The notes under the pieces were generated by a model that was not told where the DNA came from, did not search any database, and was given only the letters and a program-made list of their open reading frames with translations. A DNA stretch of 64,000 nucleotides from the human T2T-CHM13v2.0 reference genome, Homo sapiens. Made by a program: the position numbers and the translations under genes. Positions 1 to 14,995 of this stretch are shown here, piece after piece. The stretch is taken from assembly GCF_009914755.1 (NCBI RefSeq), contig NC_060938.1; one strand, written 5' to 3'. How positions within the stretch are numbered: position 1 is the stretch's first letter; the number at the start of each line of letters is the position of its first letter.

Positions 1-344
1 ATTATCATATAATAAGAAGTGCTACCTAATCCCCAAATTGTGGATAAATAGCAACAGCCTGTGGTCATTTCTGATGCTGCAGTTTTCCTAAGTATTCCAG
101 TATTAAATGCAATATTTTCTTCAAGCATTTGCTTTAAGTACTACAGTACTGACATATTCATTTACAATAAGTATTACTCAGTACCTGTCCTAATAGCAGT
201 GTAGTGCTCTCTGCCCACAACCTTCTCCTCGTAAAACACTAGCTTTCAGGAAATAAAATCTGGAACTAATAAATCTGGTTAGTTAGTCATTGGCTATTCT
301 GGAGAGAGATTGCCACCTTCCACTTGAAAATATAACAAACTTTC

Positions 345-621
<277 letters not shown>

Positions 622-662
622 TTTTTCATTTCATTTCATTTCATTTAAAAAATAACAAATGT

Positions 663-1560
<898 letters not shown>

Positions 1561-1566
1561 TAACAT

Positions 1567-2035
<469 letters not shown>

Positions 2036-5000
2036 ATGAGAATTCCCCTGGAAGGAAGAGGTAGAAGGCAAGAAGAGGATCCAAGACTGATCTCTGGGAT
2101 TCCCAGCTTGACTGCATGACAGGATGAGGTGCAGCCCAGGAAAATACAGTAGAAAAGCCACCAGGAAGGGAGCAGGTAAACCAGGAAATTGCAGTCATAG
2201 AAGACAAGAGAGCAGCGCAGCCTTTTAAGTCCTTTTTCACAACTGTTCAACTTTGTGAATGCCTCTTGAGGGGTGGAGAAACATTAAAAATATACAGTGA
2301 TTTTTCAATTTGCTGATCAGGAGATTATGTCCCTACGGCTGAATGAAATGGCAGACAGAATCTGTATTCATTTGGGTTACGGCAAAATGCAGCAGTAACA
2401 AACTGGAGGCAGTGAGTATGGACTTCTGATAAGCGTTACTGTCGAGAGGAGCTGAGAAGTAGGCCAGTGACTGGAGAGAATTAAGGTGATATATGAAAGT
2501 CTTTCCCAGAGTGTATGCCACATCGTTAGCGTTCAATAAATACTATACACTACTGTTGATAATAAGTGAGATTTAATTTTAATAGTTTGGATTAAATAAT
2601 AGTTTACTGACAACAACTTGTCACTGAGCCTGAGAATTACAGATTTTTTTCACTGAGTCTTAAATTAGTTCAAATACATAAGCAAATAAACATGAATTAA
2701 TAGTAAACACATAAAAATCTTTAACTCATTAATAAAATAAATACAAACAAATATTTAGGTAGCATTTTTTACCTGTTAAATTTCCATTTTTAAGTCTAAT
2801 ATTCAATATTGAAAAACATGAATCATAAACTGAGTTGGTAAAAATATAACTTTTCTGAAAAGCAAATTCATATGTATCAAAGGCCTTTACAATGCATTTG
2901 TTTTTAGTTTTTAAATTTTTTTTCTAAATTGCATTATAGTATTCTTAATGGGAAAGAAATTATAAAGTAACACAAAACTCTGACATTTAAAGAAAGAAAC
3001 TAGAAATATATACATTTCTACATTTCCTGTAACATCTGATATGGGACTATTCACATAAAATTGATGAAATACCAATCTCTTCAGACTTTTGTTACCTCCA
3101 AGCTAATTGTTGTGAAGCGCTCTATACAAGGCTAGCTTCAAGACCACCCAGCGTTTCCTGCAGGTGGGAATGCAGCTGTTCACCTTCTTAGTGGGGTGAG
3201 CTGCTAGGAGCACAAACACCCAAGTACCAGTCTCTGGGTTGAATTTGCTTGTTTTCTTTATTTTCTGAAATAGTTCTTCAAAGTACTTGATGGCTTGGGA
3301 CCTGTTTTTTCCAATAGTCCCTTGCTCCTTTTTTGCAACCCTCTTCTCAGAGCAGTGCAGTTCAAATCTGGCTGCCTACGTGTGGCTCACATATTAGATA
3401 TTTTTGGTTTACATGAAATTTGGCGGTCTGGGGATACAGCCCCCAAGCTGGCATATAAAGTAAGAAATGTAAGAATTCTATAAATCTGTATGTCCTTGAA
3501 GGGCCACAAAACCAGTCCAGTGTCTTGGAATCTGATGACTCTTACATGATGGGAATTGCTGGTGATAATATAAAGCTAGAGTATGCAGACTTTTAGTGGT
3601 TAGATATAGGACTCCTTTTACAATGCAGTGTGGCTTTAATTTCTTCTCAAAACTGAGTTGTTATATCAGCTACATAATAGCTTATATTTAGCACTTTACA
3701 AGTTTTGAAATATTTGTATTATTTCATTTGAGCTTTAGAGTAATCTTATCCCATTTAAGATCCTGTATTTAGAAATTCAAATTCAGGGACAGCATTCCCT
3801 ATGTAGCAATGAGGTTTTGCTTCATAAAACTTCCTTAACCTCTGTGAATATGGTACCCAAGTGTGGCATGATAAACAGGAGAATCTGCAAAGTGTCAGCA
3901 GGTATAAGGGTGACATTTCCCCTGCCCTTTAAGGGCCAGTGGGAATACACTGGCAAAGCTGCCTTTGCAGTAGCTGCTTCTTACATATGGCCCAGCGCAT
4001 GCTTCCGGCACCAGTGTCTTTGGGAGAGGTGTGAAAAAGATTTCTCTCTGAGTCCAGGAGAGTGGGCTGTTCGAATCCTCCTGGAGACAAAAGAAAGAAT
4101 TGGTTCCAGTGCCTTTTTCAATCCTAACAGCTTTCAGATGACACATTGGGAGTCATTTATACAGCCTTGAATATACCCAAAAGTGTTCCTCGCCAAGTCT
4201 TCCCACAGTCTACATGAGCCAATGCAGATCACTTTATTTTAAAAGGTTACATGTTATATAAAACCCACACAAGTAGCTGCCTTAAATTTTTCTCTATCCC
4301 TGTTGAACTTCTGTGGGGTTTCCTCTATATTTTCCATATTTAACTATAGACTAACTAATTTATTGTCACCCATAAAGCAATGTTTATTTTAGTAACCCAC
4401 CTTCCAAAGGTAGCAGCCATTGGAAGTCCTGCTCAGCTCATCAATAAAACCTACTGCTGCTGCCAGTTGACAAGCTAACTATAAATTCAAAAGGCAACAC
4501 TCTAGGGAGTCTATTTTTCTTTTGACTAGTGTATCAATCCAATATACTGTGCAACTTATGCCCAAAAATGTTGCTTTTTTATTGATAGAAAACTCTTGGA
4601 GTCATCGTTGCATCTTTCCCTTAACCTATGGGTCAACTGGATTTAACGCCCTGCTGCAGCTGGATGCTTCAGCAGAATGTGTTTTCTTGATAGTTCATCT
4701 CAGCGACTAGAAAGTCTGCCTTATACATTTTAAAGGTAAGGACTCCTTGAATTCAGTGTGTCCTGGCACCAAAAGGCACAATAAACCTCTGCAGTGACAT
4801 ACTGGAGTGCGGAAATTTGTTGCTGGCTATGTCTAGATTCAAACTCTTATTCCACGAACATCATTGGAGGGCCCTCTTGTCTCCTTTTAACAAGGTGGGA
4901 AATAAGGTTTTATTTCTAATTATTTATTACTGTAGCTACTACTTTAACTTTGCATGATGCCTTTTATTCTATTGTGGTTATAAAACAGTCTTACTTCATA

Positions 5001-5949
5001 TTTTTTGTTCATCTTTACAACTAGCCATGAGGTAGATAGCTTTAAATGAAATTTACATGGATAATATTTTAGAGATGAGAGATCAATTCCCTATCATAGT
5101 ATAGTCTTGACTCACGTCATAAACACATTTTAGTGAAATAGCAACAAGAGGAAACAAGGACAAAGCATTCACAGCTGGGCATTTGGTCACCCCTTATCTT
5201 AAGCTCCTTTTATTTTCTCTGCCTTATAATATCATTTTTTATTCTTCTTTGATTAAACCTATATAATTTTCATTAACATAAATTATTCAGTTCAAATAAT
5301 GCCAGGTTCACTTAGTATTATGTAATTTCAGTCTCAGTTTGCTGGCTGACCTACAATTCTATGCTTCATATATGCAAATACAGTTGACATGTAATTCCTC
5401 CATCTTGAGAACAAATAACAAAAATGGATCTTTAAAATATAAATATTTTAGGCCATTAAAGAAAATTATATATATACTCATAATTTTATTTATAAGTCAA
5501 ATGAATGAATTTCTATTTTAAAAAGCATAATTTAAATTTTATAAGGAGTATAAGTCAATTTTTACTTATAAATTAAGGACATAAGTTCTTATACATATAT
5601 GTATAGATGTGCATGTGCATATTTTTCCTCGAATTTTAAAATGCACACTTAGTCAAATGTGTATACATACTCAATTTTTAGATTTCATGTTTTAGTCTGC
5701 AACTAAGTGCAATGAGCAATTTTTTCAAGTCGGTTGTTATATTATTTATTTGCTGGAAATGAAAACAACATGAAATTATACTTTAATAGTGGATTGCCAA
5801 TGCAATTATAAGTTATTTTCCCCAACCATCTCTATTTTTGGTAGATGATTAGTGCCCCGTGGGATCCAGAGACTTCTCTGATCGAGAGCTGTTTGTTTTC
5901 TGCATGCTGCAATTATATATTACACATACACCAATGATGAGTAGCCTCA

Positions 5950-6224
5950 TGTGTTGGGATAAATATGTTATTATAAGTTCAAATGCTTAGATACTTTTTC
6001 GGTGTTTATTTGAGCTGAGCAAAACATAGTAGTTTCAGTTCACAGGGGGCTTACATAAACCTTTTGGGGGAGAATTTCAGCTCACAGGGGTTTGTAAGCA
6101 GATGGCATATGCAAGCAATCACACTTCTCCTTGGTGGGAGGAATGGCATTCTCAAGATAACAAAATAAGAGCGGGAGGTGCCATGACAAGTCTGTTCTCA
6201 GTCTCCACCTGGGCTTTCCCCACA
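5950..6224 (-). mobile_element. possible short LTR, family not assigned
   Basis: TG...CA termini, TTTATT (minus-strand AATAAA) near the left end, internal repeat TTTCAGYTCACAGGGG x2. Confidence 0.3.
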
Positions 6225-6284
6225 AGGCAGAGACACTAAGTATATGTTTGAAGGCTAATATGGAATCAGAATACAGGGAAATTC

Positions 6285-6583
6285 TTTTTTTTTTTTTTTT
6301 TTTTCTTGAGACGGAGTCTCAGTCACCCAGGCTGGAGTGTAGTGGCATACTCTCGGCTCACTGCAACCTCTCTGTCCTGAGTTCAAGCGATTCTCCTGCC
6401 TCAGCCTCCCAAATAGCTGGGATTACAGGCGTGCACCACCATGCCCAGCTAATTTTTGTATATTTAGTAGAGACAAGGTTTTGTCATTTTGGCCAGGCTC
6501 GTCTGGAACTCCTGACCTCAGGTGATCCACCCGCCTCGGCCTCCCAAAGTGTTGGGATTACAGGCGTGAGCCACCTCCCAGCC
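6285..6583 (-). mobile_element. Alu (AluSx-type)
   Basis: Antisense Alu with poly(T); TSD AGGGAAATT on both flanks. Confidence 0.95.
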
Positions 6584-6991
6584 AGGGAAATTATTTTAAC
6601 ACCTCCAGCCTGCCCTGCTCCCATTCTCCCTCTGGGATTCTTGGAACCAAGTGGAATTATCCCACTGTTGAGAACAAGGTACGATTTTGCAGGAATTTTG
6701 TGGGATTATGTTCAGGAATGCTAGAATCTTACACTACAAATTACTTGTCCTCATAGTGTAGGCACAATAGGCAAGAAACAAATTCAAAATGGTAATGAAA
6801 GGACCACTGTTATGATAGTTGAACCAGCACCCAATTCTCCAGTGTATGGAACTCTGGAAAATCTGTTGGAATATATGTGAGAAGAGCTATCTACCTTCCA
6901 ACCAGCTTCATCTATTCCCCACCTGAATCTTGGCAGGACCATTCTGCCCAATGTTCTAAGAACTCAAAGCAGTGACTAGTACACTAATGTG

Positions 6992-7243
6992 AAAAGGAGA
7001 AAAAGGAAGAGGAATAATCTAGCCCCAAGGAAAGCCCTAAACCAGTTTAGTAAATGTACAAAGGTGGGGGTGAGTAGAAAGTGGGGCATGGGGAAAAGAA
7101 AGGAAAAAAAGAGAAGAGGGAAGGGGGAGGAGAAAGGAGTGGATGAGAGAGAGAGGGAGGAGAAAAACAAGGAAAGAAAAGGGAAACAGAAGAGGAAGGG
7201 AGGGGAGGAGAGAAGAGATCAGAGAAGAAAAGAGGTGGGAAGG
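6992..7243. repeat. GA-rich low-complexity tract
   Basis: Purine-rich A/G runs; source of the K/R/E-rich spurious ORFs. Confidence 0.85.
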
Positions 7244-8360
7244 GTGCATGTTTCTTATTCCTCAGTGCCCCATTCACTAACCTCTGTGAACCTTGAAAGT
7301 GTTTCAAAGTCCTACCAATCTGATAGAGACCAGTAGCAATGCTTCCTCCCTAAAAGAAATGGACATAAAGTTTGTCAGAGAAAACAAAAAAGTATTTTAA
7401 TTCTCTCCTCTCTGCTAATCCATCATGTTTTAAAATAACTGGAGATGTCTAACCAGGACCCAGGTAATTTCCTCTAAGAAAAAAAAAGAAAAGAAAAGAA
7501 AAAAACTACAACTACAATAGATGTTTGCAAAACAGGATTGGCACTCAGATGTGCCATACGACAGGTCTATTATGTGACCACTAACACCACACAAACATAC
7601 CAAAGCTGACTTCCGTCATTCTGGTTAAACTAGAAATAAACTTGCCTTAATGGCAAAAAGGGCAGAGGAGACAATTGATTAGACTTCACACTCTTACTTT
7701 ACATGCTCATTCTCTGCAAATGTATATTTTGAAGGATTTTTTTTTACATCTGATTGAATGTGTATCTACCTAGCATTACGCAGGACCCAGATTACTGTAA
7801 AGAAATAACAAAGGGCACTTCTGATGTGCAAAGAATATTTAGTCCATGCTCATTTCATACACACTGAAACAAACCTTGAAATATAATACCTAAGTAGAAA
7901 GACTCTACATTTCTTTACGTCATGCCATAATCTAAATGACTGTAATTCCAAGATTGTGAGCATAAACTTGTTCTAGTCTTTTACATCTAATTATTTCAAA
8001 CGGGTCATGAGTGTAACCAATGGCAACCCTGCTGATAGCTGACGTTCTATCACTTCACCAGTAACCAGCTTACCTAGCCAATAATACATCTTGTGTGTGC
8101 AAGTTATTTCATAAGTGAAGAAAATACCATGCTAAATCTTGAAAATGTGGGAAGGGTCACTGTTAATCGCTGGACTATTTCTTGGAAGTTATGTTTTAAA
8201 AGGAGAATAATAACTCCAGTCACTTATGTCAACCACTTACAATTTATGTCTAACTCCCACGCTGCTCAATAGTAACATGTATGTCTTTAAAGGTGAAGGT
8301 TATATCTGATTAGGAAACAAAGCAAGATTCAGATATCCCTGACAGACAGAATGAATGAAA

Positions 8361-8477
8361 TGAAAGAAGGGGAGGAGGGAGGGAGGGAGAAAAGAAGGAA
8401 GGAAGGAAGGGAGAGATGGAGGGAGGGAGGGAGGAAGGAAAGAAGGAAGGAAGGAAAGAAGGAAGGAAGGAAAGAAA
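8361..8477. repeat. (GGAA/GGGA)n polypurine simple repeat
   Basis: Almost pure purine tract of interrupted GGAA/GGGA units. Confidence 0.9.
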
Positions 8478-9084
8478 CTTTGGTCTATTATCACAACAGA
8501 ATAAAAAGCAAAGGATGGATAAGCCCAAAGATTTTGCAAAGGATGTATTAAGATTTGGTGATCTGGAGAGTGGGTACATAGAAAGAGGGAGATATTGAAG
8601 GTGAATTGAAGATCTGAAGATTGTTTAATATTTTAGCTTCATTCCATTAATAAGGTGGCTCTTTTATACTTCATGGCCACAACAGAAACAAAAGATTCAC
8701 AAGGAACTGTTTTCAATATTGGTTGTCTTCCAACTAGAGGCAGATGAATTGGCTTCCCCAGTGGGAGCCAGAACCTAAAGAGATATTGTGGAAGGTCTGG
8801 CTCATGTTACCAGACGACAAGGGGACAGGTGAAGAAGTATTCATAATGACGTGGCTCAGGGAGGGGAGACACAAGAACCAGAAGATAAATGTGTGGCATA
8901 TAAATGCCCCTTGGGATTACAGAAATACTTGAAGAGAAAGCCTGATAAAACAGTAAATTAATGTGGGTTACGAGACATTAAAGAAAAGTAGATTTTCCTT
9001 ATATATTTTTTCCATCTAAAACACTTGGAACAGAAAAGGGGCTTTAGAGGAGAATTAATGAAATCTGTTGGAGTTTAATCAATA

Positions 9085-9300
9085 ATAATAATATATGAAG
9101 TTTAGTTAATAATAATGTTCTAAAGTTTATTTGTTAGTTGTGACAATGGTACCACAGTAATATGAGATGTTAACAATACAGGAAAATGAGTGTGGGGTAT
9201 ATGGGAACTTGCTATACTGTTTTTGCAAATTTTCTATAAATCTAAAACTATTCTTGAATAAACACTTGTTTAAAACAAAATAAAAGAAGAAAAAGTAAAA
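9085..9300 (+). mobile_element. L1MC/L1MD-type 3' end fragment
   Basis: GATGTTAACAAT...GGGTATATGGGAACT...TTTGCAAATTTTCTATAAATCTAAAACTATT followed by an A-rich tail. Confidence 0.7.
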
Positions 9301-9529
9301 AGCACTTGCTAATATATGCAAATTTCAAATTTTGGCTTACATTCTTAGAACAGTTGTTAACACATATAATAAACCCTCAATGAATGATAAATAATATTAT
9401 TATCAGTAAATGTGCAATGCAGACACATTTAAAAGTGTCTACAATTAAAAGTTTAAGAGCTTCACATAATAAAAACAAAGTTTTAGAAATACTGATTTAG
9501 TGACTTTTTGATGGTTGACCTGGATAAAG

Positions 9530-9715
9530 ACAGTAGATGCAGTAGCTTTTGAGAGTCCAGTTAGAAAACTTTTCACCTCTCCATACCTTGGTTTCCACAT
9601 CTGTAATGATGAAATTTTTGGACTTTTTGAACAGTGAATGAGTTACTGAATGTAAAGTGCTTAGAGCAGTCTTTGTCACAAAGAAAGAGTTAAATAAGTA
9701 TTATTATTACAATTA
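9530..9715 (+). mobile_element. MIR
   Basis: Core GTTTCCACATCTGTAA...TGTAAAGTGCTTAGAGCAGT. Confidence 0.65.
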
Positions 9716-10057
9716 TTTTTATTACCATTGTATTACTCTTATATTGAGGCTTGCTAAAGAAGAAAATAAGGATAGTTTTGACAAAATGGGGGGAAAAACA
9801 GCAAGTTTGAAGGAGAAAGTAATCATCTAAGACAGAAATACCTAGTAGAGACTTGGCAATATAAGACTGGAAAACTTTATATAGAAGGGATCATTTAAAG
9901 CATGAGAATAAATGAGAAAGAAAGAAGATTCAAGATCTTAGCCTTTTAAAATAACTTCAGCCAAAGGACAGAGAGAGGTAGACAAACTCACAAAGGAAGA
10001 AGAAAAAGAGATAGAAGAGTCCAGCTATTATAGTCTCAGACAGGAAAAGAATAAGAA

Positions 10058-10359
10058 TTTATTTATTATTATTATTATTATTTACTCTGTCGCTCAGGCT
10101 GGAGTACAGTGCCATGATCTCGGCTCACTGCAACCTATGCCTCCTGGGTTCAAGTGAATCTTCTGTCTCACCTCCCAAGTAACTTGGACTACAGGCACAT
10201 GCTACTGCACCTGGCTAATTTTTGTATTTTTATATTTTTAATAGAGACAGGATTTCATCATGTTGGCCAGGCTGATCTGGAACTCCTGACCTCAAGTGAT
10301 CCACCCACCTCGGCCTCTCAAAGTGCTAGGATTACAGGCATGAGCCATAGTGTCCAGCT
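10058..10359 (-). mobile_element. Alu (old AluS/AluJ) with (ATT)n tail
   Basis: Antisense Alu; TSD-like AGAATAA(G/A)AATTT. Confidence 0.9.
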
Positions 10360-10554
10360 TAGAATAAAAATTTATAAAAAGGGAAGGTGGGAAGTCAATG
10401 TTGTTGGACACCTCAAATGAGATCAAATAAAATGAGGTCTAAGAAAAGCAAGAAGAGTCACTTGTGCCCTGAAACAAATAGTTCCAAATAGCATAATTAT
10501 GGAAGAAGTCAAATAAGGATGTTTATATTCATTATGCACATAATTTTTACATGT

Positions 10555-10680
10555 TTTCCACTCCTTGAATGTCAGCTTCCCAGGACAAATGTTATGTCTC
10601 ATTTGTTCGGTGATGTATGCCTGTGTATTATACACAGTAAGCATTCAATAATATATGCTGAATTAATGAATAAATATTTA
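10555..10680 (+). mobile_element. LINE-2 3' end
   Basis: CACAGTAAGCATTCAATAATATATGCTGAATTAATGAA. Confidence 0.55.
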
Positions 10681-11958
10681 AAAATACAGGTCAATCTTCT
10701 AAAAAATCATCCATATTATAATGCAATTCTACTACTAAAAAAGTGACTGGAACTAGGGCTACAGAATTTCAAACAGGTAACAACATTTTTTCCAAGAAAA
10801 AAAAAAAAGCCAAGAATATATATCGCCACATCATTCCAATATTAACTACATGCAGCTTTTTATCAAGAGGAGTAACCATGTTTTTCAGCACCTCCAAGAT
10901 TATAACTATCCTGAACATTCTTCTCACCATTGCTGTTCATTGCATTTTTCAATACCCATTTTGAAAACAAAACAAAGCATCCATGTTGCCCAATGTGAGC
11001 ATGAAGTATATTCTCCACTAACATTGCTTTATAATGAATAAAATTCTACTATACCGATCATGGTCTTTAATTAAGCTATTTCATTATATTTAATTGTTCT
11101 TATGAGAAAATGCTGTAAAATAAACTTTTATGACAATTTGTAAGTAAATTTGCTGATTCCTTAAATAACTGGAAGCCATGGGTGATGAATAAAAGTATGT
11201 TAAAGTCATATCTTGTTTGAGAATTAGGTTATTAATATTCATCTTGCTAATAATGAAACAGAAGATCAAGTATTTTACAGAAACAGGATGTATACTACCA
11301 AACCACTAAAGATGTTTTTGAAACATAGAGTTTAATGGATGACTATAAAGTGGACATTTGTGCAATCACCTTCATTGCCACCCCCTTAGCAGCTTCCAGT
11401 GTTCTCAACAAAACCATTCCCGTTACCTGACTTGCAGCTTGTTGCCCACCATCTTTGTTTTTATGGTCCTTAGTCACACTACCTTAGTAGGCATACCTGC
11501 AGAATAGTTGAGCTTTGCCTATTCTCAAATTTATACAAATGGAATCATACTTTATGTATTTTATGGGTATGTCTTTAAAAAATTTAAGGAGCAATGTCAT
11601 GATAATTTCATAGAAGTCAACATTAAAGAAAGGGAAATAAGAAGAAGGCAAAAAATAAGATGTTAAGAATAAGATGTTTCAGAGCTCATATAAATATAAA
11701 TGGACTGAGAACCATTTATATTTAAAAGACCAAACATTCAATTTGAATAAACAAAAAGGAAAATCTATAAATGCTGTTTTATAGAAATATACACAAAATG
11801 ACATAGAATGGTTTAAAATAAATAAAAGCTAAAAATATATTTGGCCAATAGAAATAAAGAGAAAGTAAACTTGAAAATAATGTATCAGCAACTTTCCCGG
11901 CACAATATATTCAGCACATAGAAACTAGATAACTTGAGGAGAGTTTGACAAAAGAACT

Positions 11959-12105
11959 GGCCAAACATTGGCATCGCCTGTAGTTCTAGCTATTTGGAAG
12001 GCTGAGGGGGAAGGATCCCTTGAGCCCAGGAGTTTGAGGCTGTAGTGGACTATGATAACCTGTGAATAACAACTGCACTCCAGCCTAGGCAACCCCAACT
12101 CCAAC
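11959..12105 (+). mobile_element. FAM (fossil Alu monomer)
   Basis: Monomer retaining the 7SL-derived CCTGTGAATA(A)C(A)ACTGCACTCC segment that dimeric Alus lack. Confidence 0.8.
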
Positions 12106-12109
12106 AAAG

Positions 12110-12512
12110 AAGAAGGAACTATTTACAAAGAACGGGTAGGGTGTGGGAAAACCAACACTAGTTACAGCTGGAAATTATTGGCACCACTAGGTCCCAGTGG
12201 TTAAAGGGAAGGAAACATTACTGAAACCCCAAGGTTATAAAGAGACGGCCATTTGACAAGAGCAATGACCTTCGGTCAAAACCTACAGTTACATGGCAAC
12301 TCCACAAGGAAGAAGCCTGTAAAATTGGGAACCCAAATTCATTCTCCGCCCTTCCTGGGATGTTCTGCCAGTAATCCCCCTTAGTCTAATCCAATAGAAT
12401 CCAGAGGGCAGGAGCACCTCTTGATGTGGTCCACAAACCAGCATTCAGAAGCAGAGCGGGATAAAAAAGGGCAGAGAGTGGATATGGGCTGAAAACATGA
12501 GATTTTCAGCAC
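12110..12512 (-). mobile_element. LTR33-like (ERVL) LTR
   Basis: Ends GAGAGTGGATATGG...TTCAGCACA, resembling the reverse complement of the LTR33 start; CCAGAGGGCAGGAGC motif. Confidence 0.65.
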
Positions 12513-12567
12513 AAATAGCAATAAAAGGTAAAGGAGAATTCCATTTAAAAACATTAAATGAAAACAT

Positions 12568-12880
12568 AGAAGAATTGGAAGCCATTATCTTAAGTAAAGT
12601 AACTCTGAAACAGAAAGCAAAATGCTGCGTCTTCTCACTTAAAAGTGGTAGCTAAATAATGTGTACACATGGTCGTAGAGAGTGGAATAATAGACAGTGG
12701 AGCCTCGAAAGGGAAGGAGGGTAGGGGGTTGAAGGATCAGAAATTACGGAATGGATATGATGTACAATATTCGGATGTCTGTAACACTGAAAACCCAAAC
12801 CTCACCACTAGGCAATATATCCATTAAACAAAATTGCATGTGTATCTCTTAGACTTATACAAATTGATTAGTTAATTAAA
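12568..12880 (+). mobile_element. L1PB-type 3' end
   Basis: GAATTGGAAGCCATTATCTTAAGT...CTCACCACTAGGCAATATATCC. Confidence 0.8.
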
Positions 12881-12923
12881 AAGACGGAGGGAGATCCCTC
12901 ATAAGGTTAAAAATTTGAAAGAA

Positions 12924-13276
<353 letters not shown>

Positions 13277-14844
13277 TCATTCAAGTATTTACAGCCAAAA
13301 AGCATAAGCAATATAAGAATAATTTGATGAAACTTGTGGAGTGACAGTTTAAAATTTGACATGACTAGAACTGAAAAAAAAAAAACTATTGACAAAGGTA
13401 CTTAGTAAACATACACAGAGGGAGCTTTGTACCTAATTTAAAAACATTTTTTTTCTAAAGACTCAGAAAAAAATAATCATCTACTAAGAAATAAAATAAG
13501 CCTCAATAATTTCCAAGAGACAGAACATTTATAGAACACATTCTCTTACTGTAATTCAGTAACTAGAATTTACTAAGTACTAATTTTGCATTCTAATTTA
13601 ATTCATACATTACTACAAGGAAGATGTTATTATCTTCATTTCAGAAATAAATTCTAAAACCGAAGGAAAATATACTGATTTTAAAATGCTGTGAAGATAG
13701 TAAAGAAAATCAGATATCAGCTATATATATTCTTACAGCAGAATGAAGTGTTAAAAATAAGGGGATAAAAGAAGATAGTGCCAGAAGATTATATATAATA
13801 TACACAGATTATATATATGCACATATATTTTTCTAGAAAGATGAAACAGATCAGAAGAAAGAATTAAATTTTTTAAATGGAATTTCTCTAAACTAAATAT
13901 TCAATTGTTGAAATTGAAAGAGCCCACTTGGTACCAGGCGAAATGAAAGGAGAAACATGACTAAACACATCTCATGAACATTTGTTTCTATTTCAAAACT
14001 TGTTCACCTTGTTAATCACACGTATGAAGCTATAAAAACCTGATAACAATCACAAAATGCATAGTTTGCCTTTGGAAACAAATTACAGAGCAATGATCTT
14101 GTTTATGTTAAAAAAAAAAACTATGTGCATGTGTTTGTGCATGCACGCACGCGCACATGAGCAAGCACACGTGTAAATAAACAGAATGGAACTGGAAGGA
14201 CACATACATGCAGTAAAGATTGGTTACCTGAAGGAGGTAGTCAAAACTTCATGGCGACTCAAACTATTGAGCTGAAGAATATTTCCAGCCTCATCTAGGA
14301 CAATAGACAGACACCCAATGCTCGGCGATCAAGCAACATAATTAATGTGCAAGTGAAAACTGCAAGCACCAGCATTCAAACCAGGGTAACTGTCTGAGGC
14401 AGTTTCACTGCATAGATCAATTAAGTGGAAAGCATAATTTAAAAGATCATCCTATTTTCCAGCCATGTTTCTTAGCTGAAGTTCACTATAGTACCTTCAC
14501 TGAGACATGAATGTGTCATTAAAGTTTTTGAAAATTTTGTTGCAACGTTTTTGTAATGTCCATGTATTTGTGGCTCAATCAGCAGTAGCAATTGTTCTGA
14601 TTCCCTGTGGTTCCCTAAGACAGCCCACTGAGTTGAGAGAGTTGTTATTTCTGAGTTCCTGCAGTTCACATAGCTACCTAGAAAGTGATACATGTAAACA
14701 ATCACATCGTATTCACTTTGAATCCATTCATAAAAACAGTGTTGCCAGTTACTTAGTCTTTTTAATGCATAGTCTTTTTAAAAGTTTTGTTTTTCAGTTT
14801 TACTATGAATGTATTTACGGTTGTTGTACTATGGTCTCACTCAC

Positions 14845-14995
14845 TGTCCTATAAATTTCTTGAGGATGGAGATCAAATTTTATTCATTAATGTATCATTA
14901 GTAACTAACATCTTCCTATCTATGTCTGGCATAGGGAGATAGAAAATAAATATTTTATGGGCCAGTAGAATGATGAATGGATGGATGGATGGATT
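14845..14995 (+). mobile_element. LINE-2 3' end
   Basis: CTATAAATTTCTTGAGG...TGTCTGGCATAGG...AATAAATATTT...GAATGGATGGATGG. Confidence 0.6.

Noticed and set aside
6976-8598. K/R/E-rich and F/S/L/P-rich ORFs
   Set aside because: Low-complexity GA tracts read on either strand
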